From Vicinamibacteria bacterium (GTDB lineage Bacteria; Acidobacteriota; Vicinamibacteria; Fen-336): a DNA stretch of 64,000 nucleotides. Below the pieces are notes generated by a model that was given only the letters and a program-made list of their open reading frames with translations, was not told the DNA's origin and did no database searches. Each line of letters starts with the position of its first letter. The stretch's first letter is position 1. The stretch is from positions 3,868 through 67,867 of the forward strand of contig JAFGSN010000052.1 of assembly GCA_016934575.1 (NCBI GenBank). The letters run 5' to 3'. The position numbers and the translations under genes were made by a program. Below, one piece after another: positions 9,833 through 19,246 of the stretch.

Positions 9833-12673
9833 ATGAGAGTTCTCGAATACACCGACCTCGACACCAGCCGCGTGCGTCCTCAGTACGAGAAGGTCAAGCG
9901 CCGGATCGAGGAGGACGATTTCCGGTCCGCCGACCTGAAGAAGCTGACCGGCGGCCTCTATCGGGCCCGGCTCGACTACGCGAATCGGCTGATCGTGAAG
10001 CTCATGCGCCACCAAGGCGAGCGCGTGGCTCTGGCGCTCGAGGTGGTCGAAAACCACGCCTATGATCGATCGCGTTTCTTGCGCGGCGCCACCGTCGACG
10101 AAGACAAAATCGCCGTGCTCCAACAAGAAGATGTGCCGGAAACGGACCTGCCGCAACTGACCTACATCAATCCCGCCTCCACGCGTTTTCACCTGCTCGA
10201 CAAGGTCTTGAGTCTTGACGACGCGCAGGAGGTCGTCTATCGGCAAGCGCCGCCGCTGATCCTGATCGGCTCGGCGGGCAGCGGCAAGACCGCGCTGGCG
10301 CTGGAGAAGCTGAAGCTCGAGTCCGGCGACGTGCTATACGTCACGCTCTCCGCCTATCTGGCGCAACACGCCCGCAACCTCTACTTCGCGAACGATTATG
10401 CGGCGGACCACCAGAATCCCGACTTCCTGAGCTTGCGTGAGCTGATCGAGACCGTTCACGTGCCGCCGGGCCGCGAGGCGGGCTACTCCGATTTTCGCGC
10501 GTTCGTCGCGCGCCACAGGCAGGCGTTCCGCGATATCGCCGATCCTCACAAGCTGTTCGAGGAGTTCCGCGGAGTGCTGACCGGCCCCGCCATAGACTCG
10601 CCGTGGCTCACGCGCGCGGACTATCTCGCGCTCGGGCCGCGGCGCTCGTTGTTCCTCGACGAGGAGCGGAACCGTGTGTACGACCTGTTCGAGAAGTACC
10701 TCGTCTGGTTGCGCGCCGATTCGCTCTATGACGGCAATATCGTCGCCCAGGAAATCGTCGCGCGCGTTCCGCAACGCTACGACTTCGTGGCGGTCGACGA
10801 GGCGCAGGATCTCACGAACATCCAGCTCGCGTTCGTGCTCCGAATGCTGCGCCGGCCGGGAGCCTTCCTGTTGTGCGGAGACTCGAACCAGGTGGTGCAC
10901 CCCAATTTTTTTTCATGGTCCAACGTCAAGACGCTCTTCTTCGAGCATCAGGATCTGGCGCCGCGCCGGCGCGTGGAGATCCTACGCGCCAATTACCGCA
11001 ACGCGATCGAGGTGACCGGGATCGCGAACCGCCTGCTCAGATTGAAGCTCGCCCGCTTCGGTTCGGTCGACCGGGAGAGCCACTACCTGGTGGAGGCGGT
11101 CCCGGGCAACCGTGGAAGCGTGGATCTGTTGTCGGATCGCGATCGCGCGGTCGCGGAGCTCGACGCGCGTACCAACCGCTCGGTGCGTTTCGCCGTGATC
11201 GTGTTGCGCGAGGACGACAAGGCGGAGGCCGCTCGGCGTTTCCGCACGCCGCTTTTGTTCTCGGTGCAGGAAGCCAAGGGGCTCGAGTACGAGAACATCA
11301 TCCTATTCAATCTCGTCTCCCGCGCGCGAGCCGACTTCTCCGGCGTCGCCGAGGGCGTCTCTCCGTCCGACCTCGACACCGCGGCGCCGTACGCGCGGGC
11401 CGCCGACAAGCGCGACAAGTCGCTGGAACGCTACAAGTTCTTCGTCAACGGCCTCTACGTCGCGATGACGCGGGCCGTGCGCCGTCTTTACATCGTTGAG
11501 TCGGACACGCGTCATCCGCTGCTCGCGTTGCTCGGGATCAAGGAGTCGGCGGCGCAATCGAAGCTCGACAATCAGGCGTCGAGCGCGGAGGAATGGCAAC
11601 GCGAGGCGCGGCGGCTGGAGCTCCAGGGAAAGCAGTCGCAGGCGCAGGCCATCCGCCGGAACGTCCTTCACGAGCATGGAGTGCCGTGGCATGTCTTCGA
11701 TCTCGTCCGATTCGCCGAGGTCTCGACAAAGGCGCTCGATCCGGCCTGCGTCTCCAGCAAGCTGCGCCGGCAGCTTCTGGAATATGCCACTGTCTATCGC
11801 GAGTACGACGTGGCCGAACGATTGACGGCATTAGGAGTCGCCGATGACGCCGCGATCGACGTGATGTCGCCGGCGGTGCGGAGAAAACATCTGGCCGCTT
11901 TCGAGGCAAAGAGCGTCAAGGACGCGCTGCGGCTGGTCGACGAGCACGGCGTCGACTACCGCAGTCCCTTCAACTTCACGCCTCTGATGCTGGCCGCGGA
12001 GGCCGGCAATCTCGGTCTGGCGCGGATGCTCGTCGAGCGCGGCGCCGATCCGGAACTCGTCGACAACGGCGGCCGGACGGCTCTGCATCTGGCGCTGGCG
12101 CGGGCGCGCGACGACGCCGAATACGCCAGGATGACGCTCCCGGGCTTGTGGTCCCTGCTGGCGCCGCCCAGCGTGTCTTTCCGGCTTGACAACCGGCTCG
12201 TGAAAATCGACGCACACCTGATCGAGTTCGTGCTCTTCCATCTCATGTACGCGATGCTCCGCGACCATCTCTGCACTTCGCATGGCTGGAGCCATGGAAT
12301 GCGCTCCAAGGATCTGCTTGCGGTCGCCGCGCGCCTCCCCTTTGCGGCACTGCGGCCCGATCGTCGTCGGCGCGAGTATCTGAACGGCGTGCTCGCCCGC
12401 AACGAGATCGGCCGGGACTATCCCTACAACCGCCGCCTTTTCCTGCGCCTCTCGCATGGTCGATACGTGCTCAATCCACGGCTTGAGATACGCTCGGGAG
12501 AGGGCTTCACTCCCGTCTACGACGTGATGGGCGTGCGCCGAATGGCCTCGCTGGGTCTAACGCGATACGTTGCTGCGCTGGCATTGATCGAGAACGCGGA
12601 CGCCGCTTCGATCGCCGAGATCCCACGGATCGAGCGACAAGAGAAGGGGGAAGCTCAGGCGACGCTGTTTTGA
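9833..12673 (+). CDS. UvrD/Rep-like superfamily 1 helicase with RelE/ParE-like N-terminal domain and C-terminal ankyrin repeats
   Basis: 946 aa; Walker A GSAGSGKT, DEAQD (Walker B), motif VI-like VAMTRAVRRLYIV; N-terminal ~85 aa LKKLTGGLYRARLDYANRLIV resembles RelE/ParE toxin fold; two ankyrin repeats (TPLMLAAEAGNLGLARMLVERGADPELVDNGGRTALHLA). Confidence 0.8.
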   Translation: MRVLEYTDLDTSRVRPQYEKVKRRIEEDDFRSADLKKLTGGLYRARLDYANRLIVKLMRHQGERVALALEVVENHAYDRSRFLRGATVDEDKIAVLQQEDVPETDLPQLTYINPASTRFHLLDKVLSLDDAQEVVYRQAPPLILIGSAGSGKTALALEKLKLESGDVLYVTLSAYLAQHARNLYFANDYAADHQNPDFLSLRELIETVHVPPGREAGYSDFRAFVARHRQAFRDIADPHKLFEEFRGVLTGPAIDSPWLTRADYLALGPRRSLFLDEERNRVYDLFEKYLVWLRADSLYDGNIVAQEIVARVPQRYDFVAVDEAQDLTNIQLAFVLRMLRRPGAFLLCGDSNQVVHPNFFSWSNVKTLFFEHQDLAPRRRVEILRANYRNAIEVTGIANRLLRLKLARFGSVDRESHYLVEAVPGNRGSVDLLSDRDRAVAELDARTNRSVRFAVIVLREDDKAEAARRFRTPLLFSVQEAKGLEYENIILFNLVSRARADFSGVAEGVSPSDLDTAAPYARAADKRDKSLERYKFFVNGLYVAMTRAVRRLYIVESDTRHPLLALLGIKESAAQSKLDNQASSAEEWQREARRLELQGKQSQAQAIRRNVLHEHGVPWHVFDLVRFAEVSTKALDPACVSSKLRRQLLEYATVYREYDVAERLTALGVADDAAIDVMSPAVRRKHLAAFEAKSVKDALRLVDEHGVDYRSPFNFTPLMLAAEAGNLGLARMLVERGADPELVDNGGRTALHLALARARDDAEYARMTLPGLWSLLAPPSVSFRLDNRLVKIDAHLIEFVLFHLMYAMLRDHLCTSHGWSHGMRSKDLLAVAARLPFAALRPDRRRREYLNGVLARNEIGRDYPYNRRLFLRLSHGRYVLNPRLEIRSGEGFTPVYDVMGVRRMASLGLTRYVAALALIENADAASIAEIPRIERQEKGEAQATLF

Positions 12674-12684
12674 GCAAATTGACA

Positions 12685-12712
12685 GGCGGCGCCTGCGCCG
12701 CCTCGCTTCTCC
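12685..12712 (+). terminator. Candidate intrinsic terminator after helicase gene
   Basis: GGCGGCG-CCTG-CGCCGCC 7-bp GC stem/4-nt loop 12 nt after stop, followed by pyrimidine-rich TCGCTTCTCC (weak U-tract). Confidence 0.35.
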
Positions 12713-12943
12713 GCGCCAAGGACGGACAAGGACGCGCGGGACGGTCTCCGGCGAGACCCGCTCAATGCTTTGACTTGGCGCGCCCAGGCCGATAGTATGC
12801 AATTCCGCAGGCGCGGCTTTTAATCGCATCCAGACCGACGTGATACGTCGGCGGCAATCCGTGAGGTGAAAAGCCACGCCGGACGAGCATTGCCACGGTT
12901 CGCGCGGAAGTCGAGACGCAATATCGCAGAGGCGACTCACGCA

Positions 12944-13771
12944 TTGAAAATCGCCGCCATTATTCCGGCGCGTTACGCATCAACAAGACTTCCGGGAAAG
13001 CCTCTCTCCGACATTCTCGGAAAACCGATGATCCAGCATGTTTACGAACGGGTCAGCCGCGCGCGCTCGATCGATCGCGTGTTCGTAGCCACCGACGATG
13101 AGCGCATCGTGCGCGCCGTGCGCGCGTTCGGCGGCGAAGCCTTGCTCACCGCCGCGTCGCACCGGAGCGGAACGGATCGCCTGGCCGAGGCCGTGGCCCT
13201 GATCGACGCCGACATCGTCGTCAACCCGCAGGGCGACGAGCCGCTCATCAATCCGGATGCCGTCGACTCCGCGGTCGAACCGTTGCATCGGGACGCGGCG
13301 CTGCCGATGGCGACGCTTTCGGCGGCGATTCGCGACGTCGCGGAGATGCTCTCTCCGGACGTCGTCAAGGTCGTCGTCGACGCCGCGGGCGACGCGCTCT
13401 ATTTCTCGCGCAGCCCGATCCCGTACTCGAGAGAGGACGGAGCGAGCGATCGGCGCAAGGCCGCGGCCATCGCCGTGTCCCGCGGTCTTGCTCGCAAGCA
13501 CGTCGGTCTCTATGTTTATCGACGCGCGGCGCTCCTGCGATTCGCTTCGCTTCCGCCTTCGCCGGCCGAAGAGGCCGAGCGACTCGAGCAACTCCGCGCT
13601 CTTCACCACGGCTTGCGCATCCGCGTCGTTCCGCTGGACTCGGAACCCGGCCCCTCGGTCGACACGCCGGAAGACCTCGAGCGGGTGCGCTCCTTTATTG
13701 AAGCTGCGTCCGGGCGACTCGATGGTCGATCCATGAAAGGAGAGCCGTGCCCCCCAAGTACATCTTCGTGA
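12944..13771 (+). CDS. kdsB: 3-deoxy-manno-octulosonate cytidylyltransferase (CMP-KDO synthetase)
   Basis: [20 protein letters not shown] and PQGDEPLI motifs; probable TTG start 12944 (in-frame, GAGG 11 nt upstream); ORF open from 12866. Confidence 0.85.
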   Translation: MKIAAIIPARYASTRLPGKPLSDILGKPMIQHVYERVSRARSIDRVFVATDDERIVRAVRAFGGEALLTAASHRSGTDRLAEAVALIDADIVVNPQGDEPLINPDAVDSAVEPLHRDAALPMATLSAAIRDVAEMLSPDVVKVVVDAAGDALYFSRSPIPYSREDGASDRRKAAAIAVSRGLARKHVGLYVYRRAALLRFASLPPSPAEEAERLEQLRALHHGLRIRVVPLDSEPGPSVDTPEDLERVRSFIEAASGRLDGRSMKGEPCPPSTSS

Positions 13772-13849
13772 CCGGCGTCGTCGTCTCGTCTCTCGGAAAG
13801 GGCCTGGCCTCGGCGTCGATCGGCTCGTTGCTCGAAGGCCATGGCTGCA
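13748..13849 (+). pseudogene. N-terminal remnant of CTP synthase (pyrG), ~34 codons
   Basis: Translation [33 protein letters not shown] matches conserved PyrG N-terminus ([23 protein letters not shown]) then diverges into Arg-rich sequence; lies in kdsB-kdsA spacer where pyrG-kdsA linkage is common. Confidence 0.55.
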
Positions 13850-13901
13850 ATCGCCATAAACGCTGCCGCGTTGAAGCGGAAGCTCGAATGGAGGCGGTCT
13901 C

Positions 13902-14726
13902 ATGAGAGCGCGCGTCATCAAGCTGGGCGGCCTGCGTCTCGGCGGCGGACATCCTCTTTTTCTCATCGCCGGTCCGTGCGTTATCGAGAATCCCGCGCAC
14001 CCGTTGCGGATCGCCGCGCGTCTCAGACGTATCGCGAACGAGCTGGGCATGCCGCTCATCTTCAAAGCCAGCTATGACAAGGCCAATCGATCGAGCCTGC
14101 GCTCGTTCCGCGGTCTGGGCGTCGAACGCGGCCTGGAGATCCTGCGCGAAGTGCGCGAACGCCATGGCGTTCAGATCCTGACCGACGTTCATGAAGTGGA
14201 TCAGGTCGAGCGCGTCGCCCGGGTGGCGGACGTTCTCCAAATCCCCGCCTTTCTCTGCCGCCAGACCGACCTCGTCGTCGCCGCGGCGCGCACGGGCAAA
14301 ACGGTCAACATCAAGAAAGGCCAGTTCATGGCGCCATGGGACATGGCCGGCGTGCTCGAAAAAGCCGAGGCGACGGGCAACCGCAACCTGCTCGTGACAG
14401 AACGCGGATGCTGCTTCGGTTACAACAATCTGGTCGTCGACATGCGGTCGTTTTCCGTTCTGCGCTCGTTCGGATTTCCCGTAGTCTTCGACATCACCCA
14501 CAGCGTGCAACGGCCGGGCGGCCTAGGCGACCGCTCGGGAGGCGACGCCGCGATGATCGAGACGCTCGGTCCCGCAGGCGTGGCGGCGGGAGTGGACGGC
14601 GTGTTCATGGAGGTTCACGACCATCCGGAACGGGCGCTCTCCGACGGGCCGAACGCCTATCGTCTCGGCCGGCTCAAGCCGTTTCTATCACGACTCCAGA
14701 AGATCCATGCCGCCGCACGCTCTTGA
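13902..14726 (+). CDS. kdsA: 2-dehydro-3-deoxyphosphooctonate aldolase (KDO-8-phosphate synthase)
   Basis: 274 aa; [34 protein letters not shown] motifs typical of KdsA. Confidence 0.9.
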   Translation: MRARVIKLGGLRLGGGHPLFLIAGPCVIENPAHPLRIAARLRRIANELGMPLIFKASYDKANRSSLRSFRGLGVERGLEILREVRERHGVQILTDVHEVDQVERVARVADVLQIPAFLCRQTDLVVAAARTGKTVNIKKGQFMAPWDMAGVLEKAEATGNRNLLVTERGCCFGYNNLVVDMRSFSVLRSFGFPVVFDITHSVQRPGGLGDRSGGDAAMIETLGPAGVAAGVDGVFMEVHDHPERALSDGPNAYRLGRLKPFLSRLQKIHAAARS

Positions 14727-16371
14727 AAAGGAGAGCGCGGGTGAAAGACGTTGCGCCGACCGTGAGGTCTGGTTGACCGAACGCCGGCGTCGCATCGCGT
14801 CCGTCTCGCTTTTGATTCTCGTCGCATCACTTCTGTACGCATGGGGAATTCGATGGGGTCTGCCGAGCGCCGAGGGCTGGGCCGCGGATGAAATCGTTCC
14901 ATCGGACGTTCTCGAGGCGATGAGGCGGAGCTTCACGAACGGCTGGCACACGCGATACCCGCCGCTACATTACTACTTGTTAGCCGTCGTCTATCGCGCC
15001 GTTTTCTTCCTCTTTGGTTCGCAAACGCCGTTGACGGATCCGTCGGCGCCGATATACGCGGTTCTGTTCATCGCCGGCCGTTGTCTCAGCCTGCTCATGG
15101 CCGCCGGCGTCGTTCTCGTCGTTTACCGCTGCGCGCGCCTCCTGGCCGATCATTCGGGCGCCCTGGTAGCGGCCGCTCTCGTCGCCTTCCTGCCGGGCAT
15201 GGCCTACTATGCGAAGCTCGCGAACCTGGACGTTCCTTACATGTTTTGGTGGTCCTTGTCCCTGTTGTTTCAGATCCGCTCCTTCGCTCATCACCGGCGA
15301 AGAGACTATCTGCTCTTCGCCGTGTTCGCCGCGCTGGCTCTAGGAACGAAGGATCAGGCATATGGCCTCTATGTCCTGATCGTTCCCATGCTCGTTGTGT
15401 CACGCTATTTCCATATCGAGAGCCGATCGCGTCCCGGAGCGCTTCTCCAGGCTGTTTTCGGACGCGACCTCTGGCTGGCCGGCCTGGCCGGCGCCGCTGT
15501 TCTGGTCGCCATTCACAATCCTTTCGGCAACCCCTCGGGATGCCTTTCGCATTTCGAAGCGATCATCGCGTCCGCTCATGATTTTCGGGTTTTCGACAGA
15601 GGACCACGGGGTTATCTCGGCCTGTTCATCGACACGGCTCGCAGCCTCGACTTCGCGATGGGCGGCTCGGCGCTCGTCCTTGGCGCCGCCGGAGCGATAC
15701 ATCTGCTCAAGCCTCGCCGTGATCTCGCACCACGCCTTTCGCTCCTCGTATCGATCGTGTCCTACGGCATCTTCTTTCTCGGCGTCATTCTCTACTGCTA
15801 CGACCGATTCGTTCTGCCCGTCGCCGTCATCCTGTCCATCGGAAGCGGCCGCCTTTTCGCGGCGTCGGTCCGCGCGAAAAGCGCCGTCAGATTGCCGATG
15901 CTCGCCTGGATTGCGGCCACGATCGTTTTCGCCCTGGGACGCGTCATCACGCTCGATCTGGTCATGGCCAACGACTCGCGTCGAAGCGTGCGGTCCTGGC
16001 TGGAGGACGTCGCCTCCGACAAGAAGATCGCCACGATCGGACCGCCGATCATGTTGCCGAACCTGGCCGGTTTCGCGGCGAAGAACATCGTGCCGAGCGT
16101 CAATCGGCTGCGCCGCATGCGGCCCGATTGCCTTGTGATCAACTCCGACTATGTCGGTTACGTCGAATCCGGCGATTCCTCTCCAGGCTTCTTCACGCGC
16201 CTTGATCGCGGCGAGGCCGGCTACTGCCTGACGCGCCGTTTTCGGTACTCGCCGCCCTTGGACCTCCTGGATCTTGACGATGATCGGCGCATAGGAATCT
16301 CGAACCTGGCCAAGATCAATCCGTTGATGAGGATCTATCAACCTTGCGAGAGCGGCGGCGTCATGCGTTAG
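14707..16371 (+). CDS. Polytopic membrane glycosyltransferase of the ArnT/PMT (GT39/GT83)-like family
   Basis: 554 aa, ~12 predicted TM helices, overlaps kdsA stop; embedded in KDO cluster, suggesting LPS core/lipid A modification; start uncertain. Confidence 0.55.
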   Translation: MPPHALEKESAGERRCADREVWLTERRRRIASVSLLILVASLLYAWGIRWGLPSAEGWAADEIVPSDVLEAMRRSFTNGWHTRYPPLHYYLLAVVYRAVFFLFGSQTPLTDPSAPIYAVLFIAGRCLSLLMAAGVVLVVYRCARLLADHSGALVAAALVAFLPGMAYYAKLANLDVPYMFWWSLSLLFQIRSFAHHRRRDYLLFAVFAALALGTKDQAYGLYVLIVPMLVVSRYFHIESRSRPGALLQAVFGRDLWLAGLAGAAVLVAIHNPFGNPSGCLSHFEAIIASAHDFRVFDRGPRGYLGLFIDTARSLDFAMGGSALVLGAAGAIHLLKPRRDLAPRLSLLVSIVSYGIFFLGVILYCYDRFVLPVAVILSIGSGRLFAASVRAKSAVRLPMLAWIAATIVFALGRVITLDLVMANDSRRSVRSWLEDVASDKKIATIGPPIMLPNLAGFAAKNIVPSVNRLRRMRPDCLVINSDYVGYVESGDSSPGFFTRLDRGEAGYCLTRRFRYSPPLDLLDLDDDRRIGISNLAKINPLMRIYQPCESGGVMR

Positions 16372-16486
16372 TCTGTTTTTCTGGCGGGGATTTCACAAGC
16401 CTTGTCCCGTCTCCTTGCGCCTTTGCGTTGGTTGATGCGCGACCCCGGCCTTGCCTTCACGGGTCGGATGACACTAGCATTGCGCC

Positions 16487-17446
16487 ATGTCACGGGAGAT
16501 CGGACGGCGCGTTCTTCAGATCGAAGCCCAGGCACTGCTCGATCTCATCCCGCTCCTTGACGACTCTTTCGATCGGGCGGTGGACTCTCTCTTCGCCTGC
16601 TCCGGCCGGGTCGTCGTGACGGGCATGGGAAAGAGCGGGCTGATCGCCAGGAAAATCTCCGCCACGCTCTCCTCGACCGGGACGCCGTCCTTGTTCTTGC
16701 ATCCAGCCGAGGCGATCCACGGGGACATCGGCCGGATCGTGAGAAACGACCTCGTTCTGGCCGTATCCTACGGCGGCGAAACGTCGGAACTGCTCACGCT
16801 TCTGCCTCTCATCAAGCGTCTGGGATGCACGCTGATCGCCATGACGGGATACTCCGCCTCGACGCTGGCGGCGGCGGCGGACATGCATCTGGACGTCTCC
16901 GTGCGCAAGGAGGCATGCCCGCTCGGCCTGGCGCCCACGGCATCCACCACTGCGTCGCTGGCCATGGGCGACGCTCTCGCGATGGCCCTGCTCGAGCGCC
17001 GCGGCTTCACCGTCGAGGACTTCGCCGTGCTCCATCCCGGCGGGAATCTAGGCAAGAAGCTCCTGCGAGTCGAGGATTACATGCACACCGGACCCGAGAT
17101 CCCGCGCGTGTCGCCCGAAACGCTCATGAAGGACATGCTCTTCGAGATGACGCGCAAGCGCCTTGGGATGACGACGGTCGCGGACGGCGACGGCCGACTG
17201 ATCGGAATGATTTCGGACGGCGATCTCCGGCGACAGATGGAGCGTCACGGCCCAGCCGTCTTCATGCGCCGCGCCGAGGAGTGCATGACGCATCATCCGG
17301 TCTGCATCGCGCGCCAGGAACTGGCCACGCGCGCGCTCGACGTCATGGAGGAACGTAAGATCACTTCGCTGATCGTCGTCGATCCCGCGGGGACGATCGA
17401 GGGCGTCGTCCACCTGCACGATCTGTGGAAGACTGAAATGATATGA
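16487..17446 (+). CDS. kdsD: Arabinose-5-phosphate isomerase (SIS + tandem CBS domains)
   Basis: 319 aa; SIS domain GRVVVTGMGKSGLIARKI, C-terminal CBS pair; KpsF/GutQ family. Confidence 0.85.
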   Translation: MSREIGRRVLQIEAQALLDLIPLLDDSFDRAVDSLFACSGRVVVTGMGKSGLIARKISATLSSTGTPSLFLHPAEAIHGDIGRIVRNDLVLAVSYGGETSELLTLLPLIKRLGCTLIAMTGYSASTLAAAADMHLDVSVRKEACPLGLAPTASTTASLAMGDALAMALLERRGFTVEDFAVLHPGGNLGKKLLRVEDYMHTGPEIPRVSPETLMKDMLFEMTRKRLGMTTVADGDGRLIGMISDGDLRRQMERHGPAVFMRRAEECMTHHPVCIARQELATRALDVMEERKITSLIVVDPAGTIEGVVHLHDLWKTEMI

Positions 17447-17997
17447 GCGCTGATGCTTTCTCGTCTCGCAGCCGACGGCTGCGGCTGATCCTGAGCGACG
17501 TCGACGGCGTGCTGACCGACGGCACCGTGCTGCTCACCGCGGACGGACGCGAAGCCAAGTCCTTCCACGTGCGCGACGGCGTGGGCGTGAACCTGGCCCA
17601 TGGCGTCGGCCTGCGCACCGGCGTCTTCTCGGGACGGCGATCCGAGGTCGTCGTGCGCCGGGCCGCGGAGCTGGGCATGAGCATCGTCCGGCTGGGCGTG
17701 ACCGACAAGCTCGAAGCTCTCCGAGAAGTCATGGCCAAGGACGGACTGACTCCGGATCAGGTGGCGTTCATGGGCGACGACCTGCTCGACCTGCCGGTGA
17801 TGGCGGCCGTCGCCTTGAGCGCCGCGCCGATGGACGCGCCGGAAGAAGTCCGTTCGCGCGCGCATTTCATCACGGCGATGAGAGGCGGAAAGGGATGCCT
17901 TCGCGAGTTCATCGAGGCCATTCTCCGCGCCCGGGGAGAGTGGGAGCGGGCGCTCGCGGCCATCGGCGTCGTCTCTGCGCAACCTGGAAAGGATTGA
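17443..17997 (+). CDS. kdsC: 3-deoxy-D-manno-octulosonate 8-phosphate phosphatase
   Basis: ATGA overlap with kdsD; HAD motif I LILSDVDGVLTDG; KdsC family size (184 aa). Confidence 0.85.
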   Translation: MSADAFSSRSRRLRLILSDVDGVLTDGTVLLTADGREAKSFHVRDGVGVNLAHGVGLRTGVFSGRRSEVVVRRAAELGMSIVRLGVTDKLEALREVMAKDGLTPDQVAFMGDDLLDLPVMAAVALSAAPMDAPEEVRSRAHFITAMRGGKGCLREFIEAILRARGEWERALAAIGVVSAQPGKD

Positions 17998-18021
17998 GAT
18001 CATGCCCGGATTCATCCGGCC

Positions 18022-19200
18022 ATGAGCGAAACCGCCATCATGGCCGTCGTCCTCGCGTCGCTGGCCGGCATTTGGGCCGGCTGGGCCTGGGCGCATGCTT
18101 CCGATCTCGATGGCGGAGAGCGACGGCCGTCTTTCCGATCGTCGCATCATTACCAACAAAGCCTGCACTTTCTTTCATCCGGCCGGATGAGCCTGGCGAT
18201 GAGCGAGCTGCGCAAGGCAAGCCGCCAGAATCGCGACGCGACCGACGTCCAGCTTCTGCTCGGCAATCTTCTACGCGAGCTGGGACAGGTCGAGAAGGCC
18301 ATTCGCGTGCATCAGGGCGTGCTCTCGCGCGAAGATCTCGGCCGCGGCGAGCGCGCGTACGCGCTCTGCTGCCTGGGAATGGATTTCCGCCGCGCGGGTT
18401 TCCTCGATCGAGCCACCTCCACCTTCCTGGAGGTTCTCGATCTCGACCCGCGCAACATCCACGCCCTGGCGGGGCTTCAGAAACTGTACGAGGAACAGAA
18501 ACAATGGCCGGAAGCTCTCTCGGCCCAGAGCCGTCTCTCTCGCCTGCGCAAGACCGATGACAGCCTCGTCATGGCTTACCTGAAGTCCGAAATCGGGCTG
18601 CATCTGGCCGACTCGGGCCAACGTGACGCCGCGCGCAAGGCGTTTCTCGAAGCCATCGCTCTCAATCGGGCGGTCGTTCCGGCGTATCTCGGCCTTGCCG
18701 ACCTTCATGCGGAGACCAATCCGCGCCGCGCCGCGGCCATTCTCAACGATCTGCTCGCCATCGTCCCCGACCGCGCCTATCTCGCCTTCGACCGACTCGC
18801 GCGCGCCTACGCGTCATGCGGCGAGCCGGCTCGCTTCGTGGCTCTCTGCGAGCGCATGATAGAAGATGATCCCCGCGACTGGCGCGCCCGACTGGCGCTC
18901 GCGCGACATCTACGCGCCGACGGGCGTCATCGTGAAGCCTTCGGCCTGCTGCTGCGGGCTCTCGAGCTCAATCCTCAGGGCATGCTCCTGCACCTCGAGA
19001 CGTGGCGCAGCCTACGCGAGCTTTCGGGTCGCGATTCGTTGCTCGAGGAGTACGTGGCGACGGCGGAGCAGTCGGTCTTCTTTCTCGACCCTCATATTTG
19101 CACGAGCTGTCGTTACCGGACGGGCGACATGCTCTGGCGCTGCCCGCACTGCCACGAGTGGGGCACGCTCGTCGAGGAACGCGTCGCCCCGCGCGAGTGA
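18022..19200 (+). CDS. lapB: Lipopolysaccharide assembly protein LapB (YciM): TM anchor + TPR repeats + C-terminal rubredoxin-like zinc site
   Basis: 392 aa; N-terminal TM helix, multiple TPR repeats, C-terminal CTSCRYRTGDMLWRCPHCHEWGT (CxxC..CxxC) as in LapB. Confidence 0.8.
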   Translation: MSETAIMAVVLASLAGIWAGWAWAHASDLDGGERRPSFRSSHHYQQSLHFLSSGRMSLAMSELRKASRQNRDATDVQLLLGNLLRELGQVEKAIRVHQGVLSREDLGRGERAYALCCLGMDFRRAGFLDRATSTFLEVLDLDPRNIHALAGLQKLYEEQKQWPEALSAQSRLSRLRKTDDSLVMAYLKSEIGLHLADSGQRDAARKAFLEAIALNRAVVPAYLGLADLHAETNPRRAAAILNDLLAIVPDRAYLAFDRLARAYASCGEPARFVALCERMIEDDPRDWRARLALARHLRADGRHREAFGLLLRALELNPQGMLLHLETWRSLRELSGRDSLLEEYVATAEQSVFFLDPHICTSCRYRTGDMLWRCPHCHEWGTLVEERVAPRE

Positions 19201-19246
19201 TCGCCGTTTCCGAGCGAGGGCCTCGTTCTTCATCAAAACATACCGA

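Noticed and set aside
12762-12944. 60-aa minus-strand ORF and 7-bp inverted repeat (CCGACGT-GAT-ACGTCGG, 12835..12851) in the helicase-kdsB spacer
   Set aside because: The small ORF has no support. The inverted repeat could be an operator or RNA hairpin but has no T-tract or flanking promoter consensus, so it is too speculative to list as a feature.
19201-19246. Bidirectional terminator between convergent lapB and MFS genes
   Set aside because: Only a 7-bp imperfect stem (AGCGAG/CTCGTT with a G-U pair) and a 3-nt loop, with a poor T-tract. Too weak to call.
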